Shown piece after piece: positions 51,604 to 64,000 of a stretch of 64,000 nucleotides of DNA. How positions within the stretch are numbered: position 1 is the stretch's first letter; each line of letters starts with the position of its first letter. The DNA comes from Hydrolagus colliei (lineage: Eukaryota): positions 50,902,001 through 50,966,000 of the forward strand of contig CM068744.1 of the NCBI GenBank assembly GCA_035084275.1, given 5' to 3'. The position numbers were made by a program, and so were the translations under genes. Below the pieces are notes generated by a model. It saw nothing but the letters and a program-made list of their open reading frames with translations. It was not told the origin of the DNA and made no database searches.

Positions 51604-51928
51604 ATAATATAATAATAATAATAATAATAATAATCCTTGCATTTGATATAGCACTTTTCACATCTTATCAACATCTTAAAGCGCTTCACAGAATATACTG
51701 TAAAGTGAATTTGTGGGCGAAACACGGCAGCCAATTGCGCATAGCAAAGTCCCACAAACAGTCATGGATTGAAATGAATTTTTTTTACTATTGGCGTTTT
51801 TTTTTGGACGGATTGTTATAAGGCGTGTGGAGTAAGGAAACTTGCCCAAGGTTGTGCGCTGATCTGCCTGGATTCGAACACAGTTCTCACTCGCGAGTGC
51901 TCTAGCCACTGAGCTACAGGAGCTCCAC
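51604..51928 (-). mobile_element. Full-length SINE family A, antisense, with (AAT)n tail
   Basis: A box and B box in reverse (ctctagccactgagcta; ggattcgaac), complete body, and (ata)n tail at 51604-51633. Confidence 0.9.
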
Positions 51929-52502
51929 AATGGCTAGAGATGCCTGCCTTGACACCCCTACTCTTTTTGTGTGCATTTGTAAGTGATAATTCAGGCCAGA
52001 CAGCTTTGTGTTGTAGGGCATGGGGGTGGTGGTGGGGGAGGAGATAAGTACTCAGGTGCAATTCAGAAATTAAGATATATAGATATACTGTACTTATTAT
52101 TTATCATCACAGGCCTTGAAATATCTATTTTTCACATGATTGCAACAGTCTTGCCATACATATTACCAAAAAATATAGGCAAACCGAGATTATAATGAAA
52201 TGAGTTACAGTGAGTTTGAATGTGCCTTGGGACATCCTCCCATTGTGAAAGGTGCTACACAAATGTAATTTTGTTTGTTGTTGTTGAATAGTTTTTCATA
52301 CATGGTAGCGTCTTGGAGCACTTAAACAAAATTGCTACAGCATATGCTGCACCTATGGAAAATCTGGAGCTTGACTGTTCATATTCCATTACAATTTGTT
52401 CAAGTGTTTCTGTGATCTTAGCAAACCCCTGTGTTCAATATTTTCAGAAACAAATTTCTCTCCTCTGTGCCCTTTTGTATTGTTTAATAAAAAATAATTG
52501 AA

Positions 52503-52855
52503 ACAATAAAAACAACAAAATGACATTTGCATAACTCCTTTCATGACAGCGCCTTGAGAGACATCCAAGGGCGCTGGACAATCAGTGTTTCCGACCTGAG
52601 TTGGGGGTCGGAATCGAGGGGTGTGTTGGGCAGTAAGGGAAGGAGGGTGATCAATGCAGGTCGAGGAGGAGGGTCTTGAGACGGGTCTTGATGGAGGAAT
52701 GGGAGGGGGCTGAGGCAGAGGGACTGCGGAATGGAGTTCTAGAGGGTGGAAGGCTCACCCGAGAATTGTGTGATGCCAAGGTGTGGGATGTGAAGTAATC
52801 TGGAACCCTCTGAACGGAGGGAGCCGCCGAGTTTTTAGGGGGTTAGGAGGTCACA
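52503..52855 (-). mobile_element. L2 3' fragment
   Basis: Same antisense L2 3' motifs as 47779-48090. Confidence 0.7.
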
Positions 52856-53707
52856 AATACACTAATGTAAGTCATACTTGCAAATTGCCTGTTCTGTACA
52901 TTAATTAGCAAACTTAGAATACTATAGATTATTGGACAATTATTGTATCATAAATTGGTGGGGGGATCAACAATAGGCTTCTGTTCTAATAGTACTCAAG
53001 AATTCTCCCAAGAATTATTGCAACCATGGAATAAGCACAAGTTATTATGTCCTGGGTGTCTGGATAGTATCAACATCTGTGTTTCTTTCTCTGTAACATA
53101 TTGATTACGCAAATGTAAATTTTGAGACGTCATCAGTTAAAAATAATTGGAACAGAAAGAACCTCAGAAGCATCTGGTTCATCTGTATCGACTCCAAAAC
53201 CACACAGATTACAAAATGAATTATTATGCATAATTTGGAACAAAATAATAGTTGAAAATCTGCAGAGACATTGGGAAGTATTTAAGTAGTTATTGGTGAG
53301 GCTATAATTAAAATTAATTCTAGCTAAATTAAGACAGATTATGGAGCAATAGAGGCCAACATGGTTAGTGAGAATACCAAATATAATATGAGGGATAAAC
53401 AAAACTTTTTTAAAAAATCTGTTAAGCAGAAGTGTTGGATAAATTATTAAAATAAAGAAAGACCATTTTCCTGCATCCAAACCAATTTAGCCATCTACAC
53501 CCCCTTTTTCACTCCCAACATTCACAAATCAAATGTCCTCTTTTTTCAACCTTCCCACCTCAAGCATTTACAAGCTTCAAATCATACAATACTCTTGTCA
53601 CTTGCACAAACCTTTTCGGGTCTTTTAGACACATCCTTGCTCTCTCAGCTGTTTGGTTTGTAGATCTGCACCCTTCATGTAATCTTGTTTAACACACATA
53701 CACACAT

Positions 53708-54010
53708 ACAAAATTACATTTACAGAGCGCCTTTCAAGTTGGGAGGGTGTCCCAAGGCGCTGAACAGTTAGGTTGGGACTCGAGCAGGGGGGAAGGGTCG
53801 GGGTAGGGGCAGGGGGAAGGAGAGTAGGAAGGGGGGAGAGTTAGGAGGGCAGCAGAAGGCATTGTCGAAGAGGAATGTCTTCAATGAGGAAAGGGAGGAA
53901 GTGATTGCAGGATGGAGTTCCAGAGTGTGGGGGCAGAGAGGCTGAATGCCCGGCCACCGATGGTAGGGCAATTCGGGCGGGGGACATAGAGCAGGCCAGA
54001 GCCCACTGAA
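53708..54010 (-). mobile_element. L2 3' fragment
   Basis: The reverse frame gives SSLSSLKTFLFDNAF, and the tail motif cagagcgcctttcaagttgggagg is present. Confidence 0.8.
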
Positions 54011-55804
54011 CCTCATTATCAAGGATCAAGAATTAGTATTGTGCATTTTGGGAAAAGGTTGTACAGAGTGATTATGCATAGATCGAAGCCTCGTGCTTTG
54101 TGCTAGTTAAAAAAAAGTACTGGATTGCATTAGCAGAGAGATACGAGTACAAATCAAAATACATTATCATTGATGTTGTATAATGTGTTGGTCAGACCTT
54201 TGCTAACTAATTGCAGCAAGGATATCGTTGACCTTGAGCAAGTGCAGAGGTAAGCGTGAAAGTAGTTACTACTGACTGCCTGACAACCTAATTTACTGAA
54301 GTCAGCACCATCTGACGACCCAGAAGCACTAAGCATTGGCCATTTATACAATGTGCCAGTAAAGTGCAGTGTAATTTTATGACCCAAACTGAGTTCCAAC
54401 TATAGCAAGAAAGGACTGAATCATTGTACCAAAGAGTTCTGTGGAGATGGTGACCCAGAGAAATCTACTGAGAAATGATCTTAGTTGTGTTGAATAAATG
54501 CCTTTCTCCTCTGCTGCAAGGATCACAATCTTTACCAGTTGAATCTGACGTTCTAGATGTGGTAGCTGCTTATTTGATTTCTCTTTTCTTTGTTAGAATG
54601 AGTGTTATCACTAACAATTTCAGTCTTTGGGGATTTTGTTTAGATGAGGGACTGTCATATAAAGAAATAAACTAATAGAAAATACTGTGATGTGAGGAGT
54701 TGCCATGGAAAATGCATGTATTAGTGCTACACTATAAAGATATATGATAGATATATTTAGAATAACCAGCGCCTGGGTAATATCCTGCAAAAAACATTAA
54801 AACACAATCAATGGTCTTGTTTAGACTGGATAGTGAAACTCAGATGATTTATAAGTAACTCTGAACCGTAAGAGAGGTAGACTGGATAGAAATTGTAGAA
54901 GTAAATACAGTTGTAGTATTTTACAGTTACGATATGAAGCACTTTAAGACATCCTCATGGCGTGAAAGGTGCTGTAGCAAATTTAAGGATTATTTTTTAA
55001 TTTATTTGCATGACTACGGTTACCAACGGCTTCAGACGTCCTCCTGACGTGAAAGACAAGTATAATTTTGTTGTTGTTGTCGTGTCTTTCTTTAACTTTA
55101 TTTTTGTGGAGGCATTCTTTCTCTTAATTTAGCATTTGTCTCATTTCTCCTTCAAGGCATTCAATATCAGTTTAATACTAGTTTCATGTCTCAAGGCAAG
55201 AAAAAGAGGATATTCCATTTAGTAAAATTTAAATAATTATTCTCCACAAACTAGTGAACTTAGTCATTGGAAGACATACATAGCAAGGATCCTCTTAACG
55301 TTTTCCATGTTGTATGATTGTGTGATTTCTGTTTCCTAGCAACTAAAAATATTTACAGTTTTCTTAGCTACTCTTTTTTATTTTCTTCATTCCTCCATCG
55401 TCAAGTTGGCGGTGCCTATTTGCTACCTATTAGAAAAGTATTATTTGAATAAACATGTATGATTGAATTAGGTAATTTTTTCAGCTTAAACTCCTTAGAG
55501 CGCTGAATATTTAAGGCTAGTTGATCTGTTATGACCAAGTTAATTGAGGTTTCATGTGTCAGAACGTTGACATTTATGCCATTTGAAGCGCTCTGAGATG
55601 TGGAGGGCTCTATATAAATCTAAGTTGTTGATGTTGGATGGTATGTCTGTGTTGACTCTTTAAAAGAACAATCTACTCGGTACCATTTCACTTACTTTCT
55701 CTTCATACCCTTGCAAATTACTCTTCTTAAAATAGATAATATCCACATAATTACCTCTTGAAAGCATCCTCTCTCTCAACCACTGCACCCAGCAGGGCAT
55801 TGCA

Positions 55805-56195
55805 CCTGACTCAGGACTTAGTTCGTAGCATGCTCACCTCTTAGTCAGAAGGTTGTGAATTCAAGCCCTATGTGGGACTTTGAGCTCAAACTCTAGGCTG
55901 ACACACCAATGCAGTTTTGGGGGAGCACTGCATTGTTAAAGGTCCCAATCCTTTGGACGAGGTCCTATGTGCATTATCAGAAGGATATTGAATATTCTAT
56001 TGCACTGCTCGAAAAAAAATGAAATTTCTCCTGGGATTCTGGCCAACAGTCCCCCAGATAAAGTTGATCATTAATTTCTTGGCTCTTTGCCGGACATTGC
56101 TATGCATAAATTGGCTGCTACATTTGACTATAATTACACAGTCACTACATCGCACAGTAAAATCCTGTGAAGCTTTTTGAGATGTCTTGTTGTTG
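55805..56195 (+). mobile_element. DeuSINE (SacSINE1/AmnSINE1-like, family B), degraded
   Basis: tRNA-like head ctcacctcttagtcagaaggttgtgaattcaagccc, then ggagcactgcattgt..., tggccaaca, aaattggctgc, and tail gtgaagctttttgagatgtc. Confidence 0.7.
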
Positions 56196-56502
56196 GGATA
56201 AGAGAATTTCAAATATTATAATCTTAACAACTCTGTTTTTCAATGTTAAGTGTTCTGTACAACATGCTTGATCCAGTATTGCATAAAAGCACGATGAGAA
56301 AGATAACAGATAAAGAAAAAGCACTGATTACTTTTATTACTGTTTTCCAATTCAGCAAATTACATTATATAGAAAAGGTTAGCCATTTTACCTGAATGCT
56401 TGAAAAAGCTGAAAAGCATAGATAGCCATAAAATCGATTCTTTCAGTGCACATAATGTACAATTGCTTTTTCTAAGTAGGTAATGCTAGGACTGGTAGGA
56501 AC

Positions 56503-57364
56503 TAGGGAACGGCGATATGGGAATTTCCCGATATGGATATATCGGTTGGCTCATATCGACATATACCGATCTATTGATATTTTGGGGGTTTTCGTACTGC
56601 GCATGCACGCGCGCACCCGGAATGCGGGGCCTATCTTCTCAGGAGGTAAATATCTTTCTCTCTCTGTGTCTCTCACTCTCTCCATCTCTGTGTTTTTCTG
56701 TCTGTGTGTCTCTCTCCTTCTCTCCTCTCTCACATCCCCCCCATCTCTATCTATCTGTATATTATCACATCCACCCTGGTCGTCTCTTTCTCCCCCCCCC
56801 CCCCCCCCCCACCCCTCTCTCGCACCCCCCACCCTGGTCGTCTCTCTCCCCCTCCCCCCAGCCGTCTCTCTCCCCCTCCCCCCAGCCGTCTCTCTCCCCC
56901 TCAACCCCCCCCCCCCAGCCGTCTCTCTCCCCCTCACCCCCCCCCCCCAGCCGTCTCTCTCCCCCTCACCCACCCCCCAGCAGTCTGTCTCCCCCTCACC
57001 CCCCCCCCCAGCCGTCTCTCTCCCCCTCACCCCCCCACCCCAGCAGTCTCTCTCCCCCTCTCCTCCCCCCAGCCGTCTCTCTCCCCCCCCACCCCCAGTC
57101 ATCTCTCTCACCCCCAGCCCTTGCATACCTGTATATTGTATTCGAGGACTGTGAATACAATATGGCGGCTTTGCACCTAGGTCTGTGCATTGTGTAAAGA
57201 GATGAGCATTCTGGGTCTTGTAGTTCAGTGTGCTCGCATCCCGATTTTTTACCTCGATATATTGTTTTTTCGATATATCGATATTTTTAAAATGTCAATA
57301 TCGGCATATCGATGCGAAAATTATATCGGGTTTTAACGAGATATCGATATATCGCCGTTCCCTA
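56503..57364 (-). mobile_element. hAT-type MITE with C/G-rich minisatellite (copy 2)
   Basis: Perfect 16-bp TIR tagggaacggcgatat / atatcgccgttcccta and perfect 8-bp TSD gtaggaac (56495-56502, 57365-57372). Confidence 0.95.
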
Positions 57365-59034
57365 GTAGGAACAATAAAAATAATCAAAATTAAAGATAAT
57401 GCATATTGCGTTCATATGCTTGAGTTCTTCAACCGATTGGTTTTATACATTGTATATTATGTAAGCATTGACTTCACTATTCCATCACCGACTTGCTATG
57501 TAGAAATTTGTTTTAATAATTTTTTTCAAACTGAAATAAATTCTGTTATTAGTATGCAGCAGATCCCATGAGAAATACTTGCCCATTCATTATCAGTGCA
57601 TTATAGGCCAAGAAAACATGACCATTTACATATTTTAAAAAGTAAACTGGTGTTTTAAACTAGACAGAAACTATTTATGGGTTAAGTTGCCGTTCAACTG
57701 GATTTTCTTGGGACACTTAAACTGGCTATGCTAAGTGTATTCCGATTCTCTAGTTGATGGGATCTTTTATATTAGGCTGGTAATGCCTGCTGGACATTTG
57801 AAGGAAAATCAATTTGTCTTTATTAGATGTTAAGAATCCATAATTTGTGGCATATTAACAGCGTTAGTATGAAGCATTACCATTAAAAGCCAGGGAATCA
57901 AAATATAAAATCAATGCTCCCCTTAGTAGAGCATTTTTTTAAATTAAGTGTGCTTTTTAAATTTAACCCTTACCTGGTTGCTTTTATATGTTTGGATATA
58001 TCTTGAAAAGCTTTATTATGGGTTTTTTTACATTAAAAAAACTCTACTTCATGTTAATAAGGATAAAAGTTAGTAACATGCTATTCAGTCATAAGTGACA
58101 TGAATATTGTTAGGACTTGAAGAATATCATTTTTTTTTCTAGTTGACTCTTTGCTTATTGTCAGCACCTTAAAATAACAGTGTGACTTGAAACACAAATT
58201 TGAATTCAGCTCTAGATTCTGCTGGCTAGAAATCAACTGTGAATTAAGTTCAGTTTTGTGTCCACCTTAATGCAATAATACTCATCTCTGGGGACCCAAT
58301 ACATTGTATTTGTCTAAAGCAGATTAGATAGTCATTTGCATGCTGCAAGGAATTGATTCAGTTTACAGCAAAGACATAAAATGTCAGCTTTCCTGGAAAC
58401 TGAAATGCTTGTTGTCATTTTCATGTAATCCTCCAGACAATTCAAATACAGGTTAGCCAGAATGTTTACCTACATTGTTAGCATCCAGATTCTCATATTA
58501 AACGGATTCTTCATGTTAATAATTGCTGTACAGTTTCACCATTAATACTTTACCAGCAGCTGTGAAGTTTACAGCAAATGTGACTAGGTTAGCAGCCCTC
58601 AACAATATGATGTTCAAAGTGTTTTAAGTAAACACTAGAATATTTTTAGTGGTCATTTGTTGTCCATTTAATTACCTTCTACATATCATCAGTAAGGCTA
58701 GTGCGCTAATGGGACAGATTATAAATTTCTGGGGTGCAATGATAGTGTTCAATTTCTTTCATTGGATCATCTTTGGAGCAGGAACAAAACTGATTTGGGC
58801 TTAAACAAATGACAATGAAAACCAAATTTAAACATAGCAAATTTTTAATCATGGTTTAACAACCTAAATTAATCCAAAAATATTGATCAGCCATCACCTC
58901 GGCAACCAGTAAAGTAATAAAAGTAATGATTGTTCAATTTGATATAGCACTCTGCAGGTCAGGAGGACATCTCTGAAATCTTCTGGGAATGTATTGACTG
59001 TAAATATAGTGATTATAGCACTTGCCTCACTAGC

Positions 59035-59570
59035 TAGAGGATCTAGTGATTAGAGTATTTGCCTCATGAATTAAGGGACCTAGGTTCGATTCACAGAGAG
59101 GGCAAAACATTGGCAAGTTTCCTTACTCCATATGCCTCTGTTCATCTAGCAGTAAGTTGGAATATGGTTGTTAGTCAATTGCTGAATCGCTTTTCTGGGG
59201 GTAATAATAAATCAATCAATAATAATTTGGTCACTCAATCGAAGACTGTTTGTGGAACACTGTTATGTGCTGTCACGTTTCTCCCATAAAATATACGGTC
59301 TTTCACTTTACAGAACACTTAGTCCTCACTTAACATCGCAGTTGTGTTTGCAAAAGTGACTTTAAGCAAAACAACGTTAAGCGAACCCAAAGTAGTTAGT
59401 TTCCACCCGTGCAAGCGACGTAATAGCGAACATTATGACATTAAATGGATATTACTATGTATCAGCCACATAATAACAAAACAACGTTGACTGAAGCAAT
59501 ATTAAGCGAGGTCTACCTGTATATTCTGTGAAGCTCATTGAGATGACGAAGATGTGATAAGGTTTAAAAT
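59035..59570 (+). mobile_element. SINE family A (long variant) split by a Tigger-like MITE
   Basis: ggttcgattc B box, ggcaagtttccttactcca and gactgtttgtggaacactg. The tail resumes at 59520 with tatattctgtgaagc. Confidence 0.8.
59316..59519. mobile_element. Tigger-like MITE, ~200 bp
   Basis: Inverted ends cacttagtcctcacttaa / ttaagcgaggtctacctg|ta, with internal aacaacgtt repeats. Confidence 0.75.
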
Positions 59571-60534
59571 TATAACAGTGACAAGGTTAGCATAAATAGC
59601 CTATTTTCAACAATTTCAACAACAATAACAATAAAATTACACATGTATACCACCTTTCACATCAGGAGGATGTCCCAAGGCGCTGGAGAGTCATTGTTTC
59701 AGATCTGAGCTGGGGTTGGGGATGAGAAGGGTGAAGGTAAAGGGGGTGGAGGTAAAGGGGGATCTGGGGTGACCCCCCCAAATGTATGCAGTAGTATTAT
59801 TATTATATATGAACCAGTTTACACATGGCATTGTTCCACAAGCAGCCACAAAATGGATAACCAGTCATGCTATAATAATCTGATTCAATTAAATTTTTTA
59901 AATAAACATAAAAAAAATTAATGCAAATATTGGTCCAAATACCTGAACTGTAGCTATTGCTCTTACCATTTATACGAATGCCAGCTTATCTGGAAATGTC
60001 AGGTTAATAAATTAAAGTCTTAGCTTTTATTCTGAAGATAACCTGCACTTCTTAGGATAAAAACATCTTTAAAAAATTGCATCAGATCTTTGTGGAATGG
60101 AACTGACTGACTCAGGAAACCATAGATTCTGAGTTGATTAAAACATTTAAGAGAATGATAGATGAATACTTGTTAAGTAAAGCTATTGAGAAGCCTGGGA
60201 AATTGGAATTGTTGTAGAGTTAATGGAGGAACAGAATCAATTTGCTACAAGGCCTTTTGGAAAGCAGAAAGATTTACAAAGAATTTAGAGCACAGAAAGA
60301 TGCCGCTAGGTCCAACGAGTCCATGTCAGTATACGTACTCCACACAAGTCTTAACCCACTCACTCCCACACACTTTTTTTTCTCTCTCCAGCTTTCTGTT
60401 GATTGCATTTATACTATCTGATTCCATCACCACTTCAGGCAACAACAACAAAATTACATTTGTATAGCACCTTTCACGTCAGGAGGACATCTCAAGGCAC
60501 AGGACAGCAAGTTTCACACTCTCACTACCCTCTG

Positions 60535-60871
60535 TGTGAGCAGCTGTAGCTTAGTGATTAGAGCACTCTCCTCAGAAGCGATTTTCGGTAGGACAAAATA
60601 TTGAAGCAAGTTTCCTTACTTTGCACGTCTCTGTTTTGTCAACAGTAAGTAGGAACCAGGTTGTTAGTCGATTGCCGATTGCTTTTCTGGGAGGAATAAT
60701 TTCTTTAAAAAAATAATAATTAATTGGTCACTCAAACCACGACTGTTTGTGAGACACTGCTGTGTGTAATTGACTATACCGTCAATTCACTTTACAATAT
60801 ATTCTGTGAAGCATTTTGAGAAGTCTTGAGGACTTGTTAAGGCGTAATATCAAATGCAAGGATTATTATTA
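60535..60871 (+). mobile_element. SINE family A (long variant), nested in an old antisense CR1 remnant (~60270-61200)
   Basis: ctgtagcttagtgattagagcactc head, family A body and (ATT)n tail. The flanks read as CR1 (MERVQRRFTRMI in ORF 61004-61258). Confidence 0.8.
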
Positions 60872-61552
60872 TGTAGTTCCTTCTCAATTTTAGATCCCCT
60901 TGTTACTATCTTATACATGTGTTTGCTGCTCACAGATTTTCCTGTCTGTGAAAATAGGCTATTTATGCTAACCTTGTCACTGTTATAATTTTAAACACCT
61001 CTATTAGGCCCCCTCTTTAACATCTCTTCTCAGCAAAAAAAATGGCATAACCTGTCCAGTCTGTCCTGACATCTCTAGAATCATCCTCGTAAATCTGCGC
61101 TGTACTCTTTCCATCACTGCTATAAAGAGAATAAAATCAAGATATGTGGCATATTCACATGGGAGAGCTGAGAGTGGTTTATCCAAAGTTTGATTATGTT
61201 CCACTTCTGATTTAAAATCAATTAACCTTTGATGGTTGCTGTACTGTAGTGAGCACATATAAAAATAGTTCTCCAGTCTATGGTCTCTCTCCTAAGTACT
61301 TATATTTTCTGCAATGATTTTTCCGATAGAGAAAATTTACTGTCACTGTCCTCTTCCAAAACACTTTGGCAACTCTCTAGACAACATACTGATGCACTAG
61401 TTATTAAAGTAAGCCCAAGGCTTTCCACCTAAAATAATCAATACAAAGGGTTATCAAGGAAACAATAACCAATGCAATGTTCTGTGCTAGTGCCTTGAAC
61501 TGAAAGATATAAATGGAGCGTCACAAATATTAACGTACATCCAAACCTGTGT

Positions 61553-61815
61553 GTCAGCCTGGCTCAGTTGGTGGCACACTCACCTCTGAGTCAGAAAGTT
61601 CAAGCTCCATGTCAAGACTTTGAACTTATATATCATCTGCAGTGCGATGCTAATGGTGTTACATTGTTGGATATGCAGCTCTTCGGATGAAACATTAAAC
61701 TGAGGTCCCATCTGCTTGTTCAGGTGGACGCTAAGATCCCATGGCATTACTCAGAAAGAGAAGGGAGTTTATCAGTGTTCTGGCCAACAATCCCCCAGAT
61801 AAAACTGATAATTCA
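61553..61815 (+). mobile_element. DeuSINE (family B) with recognisable Deu domain
   Basis: tggctcagttggtggcacactcacctctgagtcagaa head; ttcggatgaaacattaaactgaggtcccatctgc...caggtggacgctaagatcccatggca matches the Deu-domain consensus as recalled. Confidence 0.8.
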
Positions 61816-63379
61816 CTGTTTTTGTTAGTGTTGCATCTCATCTCAATAAATACACTCACAAAACCTCGGTTCAAGGCCTCGACTTCCACCTTTGAATTTG
61901 AATTAATCTTGAGTTTATACAATTGAATATTACCTACCTTTTGCATGCAGTAACATGCAAAAGGCACATGAATTTAGAATTTCCCACTCATATTCAGGTG
62001 TTTTTTTTAAAAAAAACTGTATGCTAAAAGCAGTCTGTACAGAATTAATGCTGTTAAATTCAGTCGTATCATTGACTAATAAATTTGAAAAGAATTACTT
62101 TGCAGTTCTCAAGCTGTCCTGCAAGCTTCAAAGTGACCAAAGAGGAGCAGAATCAAATGTATACTGCAGTGAAGTAAATCAAACTGCTTAAACCATCTCT
62201 GCAGTCTTTATCAATATCAGTGGCTTCAACGTGATTCATTCTGTTACAACACATTTTATACAATACTGGTGATTGTATTATTGCAAAATTGCACCATATC
62301 AGCAAGAAGCCTGCAGCATAAAATCACCAGTGGTGACCTGACTCCAGATCATTTTAAAGAGCAGAACGGATACCAGTTTAGATTTTTCCTTCCACTTAGA
62401 AGAACAAAGTTTGTGTAATGTGAAAAGGAAACATAATTCAAACCTGCTTCTGAATTCGTAGGACCTTGTTGCCCAGGAGATGTCAGTGATGATTATATTC
62501 ATTGACGTAAGAAATACAAAAACCAAAGAAATATTTGTTCATTTTACTTAATTGGAATAAGTGACATTCACCGTAATTGTGTTCTATTTTGGGGGGATAA
62601 AACACATATTCAATACATAAAGTTAAACTTTTTTATAGAGAGGTATATAAGTGCTATTTATAAAGTAAGGCAAAACAACAAAATCAAATTACAGTGTTAT
62701 TGTTGCTTCATAAAAGTCAATGGTCTAACAATATCAATGGAAATTATATTATTAGAATTACAGATTTTAGCTGTGTTGGTGTCTAAGGCAATAAAACACA
62801 AAGCCTTGAAAACAATTTCAATTAGAAATAAGATGCCGTATTGGTTAGATAAACCAGGCAGCATCAATATCAATCAGATTTTAGATATATGCCATTAACA
62901 ACCAATGTTATCATTACTCAAAGTAGGTTTGTATATTAGGTGTACGATTGGTCCTTCCCAGAACATTTCTGTACCTTTTGCACAATGTTGTATGTCTGTT
63001 TTGCAATACTTGAAAGACATGGAAAGAAAGACATGCAAACCTATTCATGTAACCTATACGGCCTCTTATTTCTAATTGAATCTGCATAATCCACCCATCT
63101 CCTCTCCCTATGGCCCCTGTCCTGTCCCCCGTGGGAAGCGGCTGCAGGGACGGCTGGGCTCCGACCTACATTGACCTGTCACTGAGCACCCTAGAGGGGG
63201 AAGCGGTTTCACATCGGGCATCTATTTGATAAGGGAATCTCACATGAGACCTAGATTAACCAGCTGGTGCTGAGTAAGCCTGCCCCATGGCATTGGACTT
63301 GGACCTTAAGAACATCAAGGTGGCTGGCACATCACAAGCTGTCTTGTAAAGGTCCTCCCAGCACTTTAAACGCAGATGT

Positions 63380-63704
63380 CCATCTTAATTGAATATGCCG
63401 GATGTTCGGGCGGCAAGTGGCCGAAAACCCAACACTAACATTTTTTACTTATTTTAAAACATACCATATTAATAATAGACTAAATAGTAACAGAATATTG
63501 TATGGATACTTACCAATAAAGCATTCCAGCACACTCGGTCAAATGATCGGTAAAAAAGCATTCCAGCGTTTGTAAGTTTAATAAGTGCGCATGCGCAAAG
63601 TGAGCATACACACGATTGCTGGAATGGTGAATTGTATCGGGAGGCAACCTGTTGGGGGTTGATCGTGCCGGTTGGTTGGGTGACGGATAAACAGGCTTTT
63701 ACTG
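63380..63704. mobile_element. pogo/Tigger-type element, one-ended, same TIR family as 6773 and 36589
   Basis: Ends in ggataaacaggcttttactg. 63395-63510 is the reverse complement of about 37140-37250. Confidence 0.75.
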
Positions 63705-63839
63705 TTTTCTGTGAAACATTTAAGACATCTAGAAGACGTAAAAAGTGAGATATCAAATGCAAGGATTATTATTATTATCTCAGTTTGGTTTGAATACTCT
63801 TAAGGATGGTGATGGGTTTTAGCATGTGTCTGACCCCCA

Positions 63840-64000
63840 CAAAAATCCCCCTCTATTTCTTTCTCCTGCATGTACACATCCAGTTTCCTCTTTATCGGAT
63901 TGATGCTTTCCGCTTCAACCACAGCTTCTGCTATTGACTTCTACATTCTCACCACCCTCTGTGTAAAAAGGTTCCTGTTAAACTCTCCTTTAGTTTTGCT
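63840..64000 (-). mobile_element. CR1 3' remnant
   Basis: ttctacattctcaccaccctctgtgtaaaaaggttcc (antisense F.TQRVV..W). Confidence 0.6.

Noticed and set aside
56483-57197. Long proline-rich ORFs
   Set aside because: Same minisatellite artefact in hAT copy 2.

Overview
Vertebrate genomic DNA, AT-rich and dense in transposable elements. The repeat content (L2 and CR1 LINEs, tRNA/CORE-like and Deu-domain SINEs, a Penelope-type hairpin) points to a cartilaginous fish, plausibly a chimaera; that is inferred from repeat families only. The only host coding sequence I can support is one 101-bp + strand exon (23506-23606) of RNGTT, the mRNA capping enzyme. It encodes guanylyltransferase motif V (LKWKP). 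The whole window therefore looks like two very large RNGTT introns (at least 23.5 kb upstream and 40.4 kb downstream). All long ORFs in the track are LINE reverse-transcriptase remnants or low-complexity artefacts. I found no new protein-coding system. The most interesting signals are at the RNA/DNA-structure level. (1) A TSD-flanked ~57-bp hairpin encloses a minimal hammerhead-ribozyme-like core on the pre-mRNA strand. (2) Several inverted pairs of closely related elements bracket the lone exon. (3) A hAT MITE family carries a G-rich minisatellite and an internal micro-inversion. (4) A pogo/Tigger MITE holds two outward-facing copies of the transposase start. (5) Different DNA transposons have inserted repeatedly at the same SINE position. 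Boundaries of old repeats are approximate, and identities were judged by eye.
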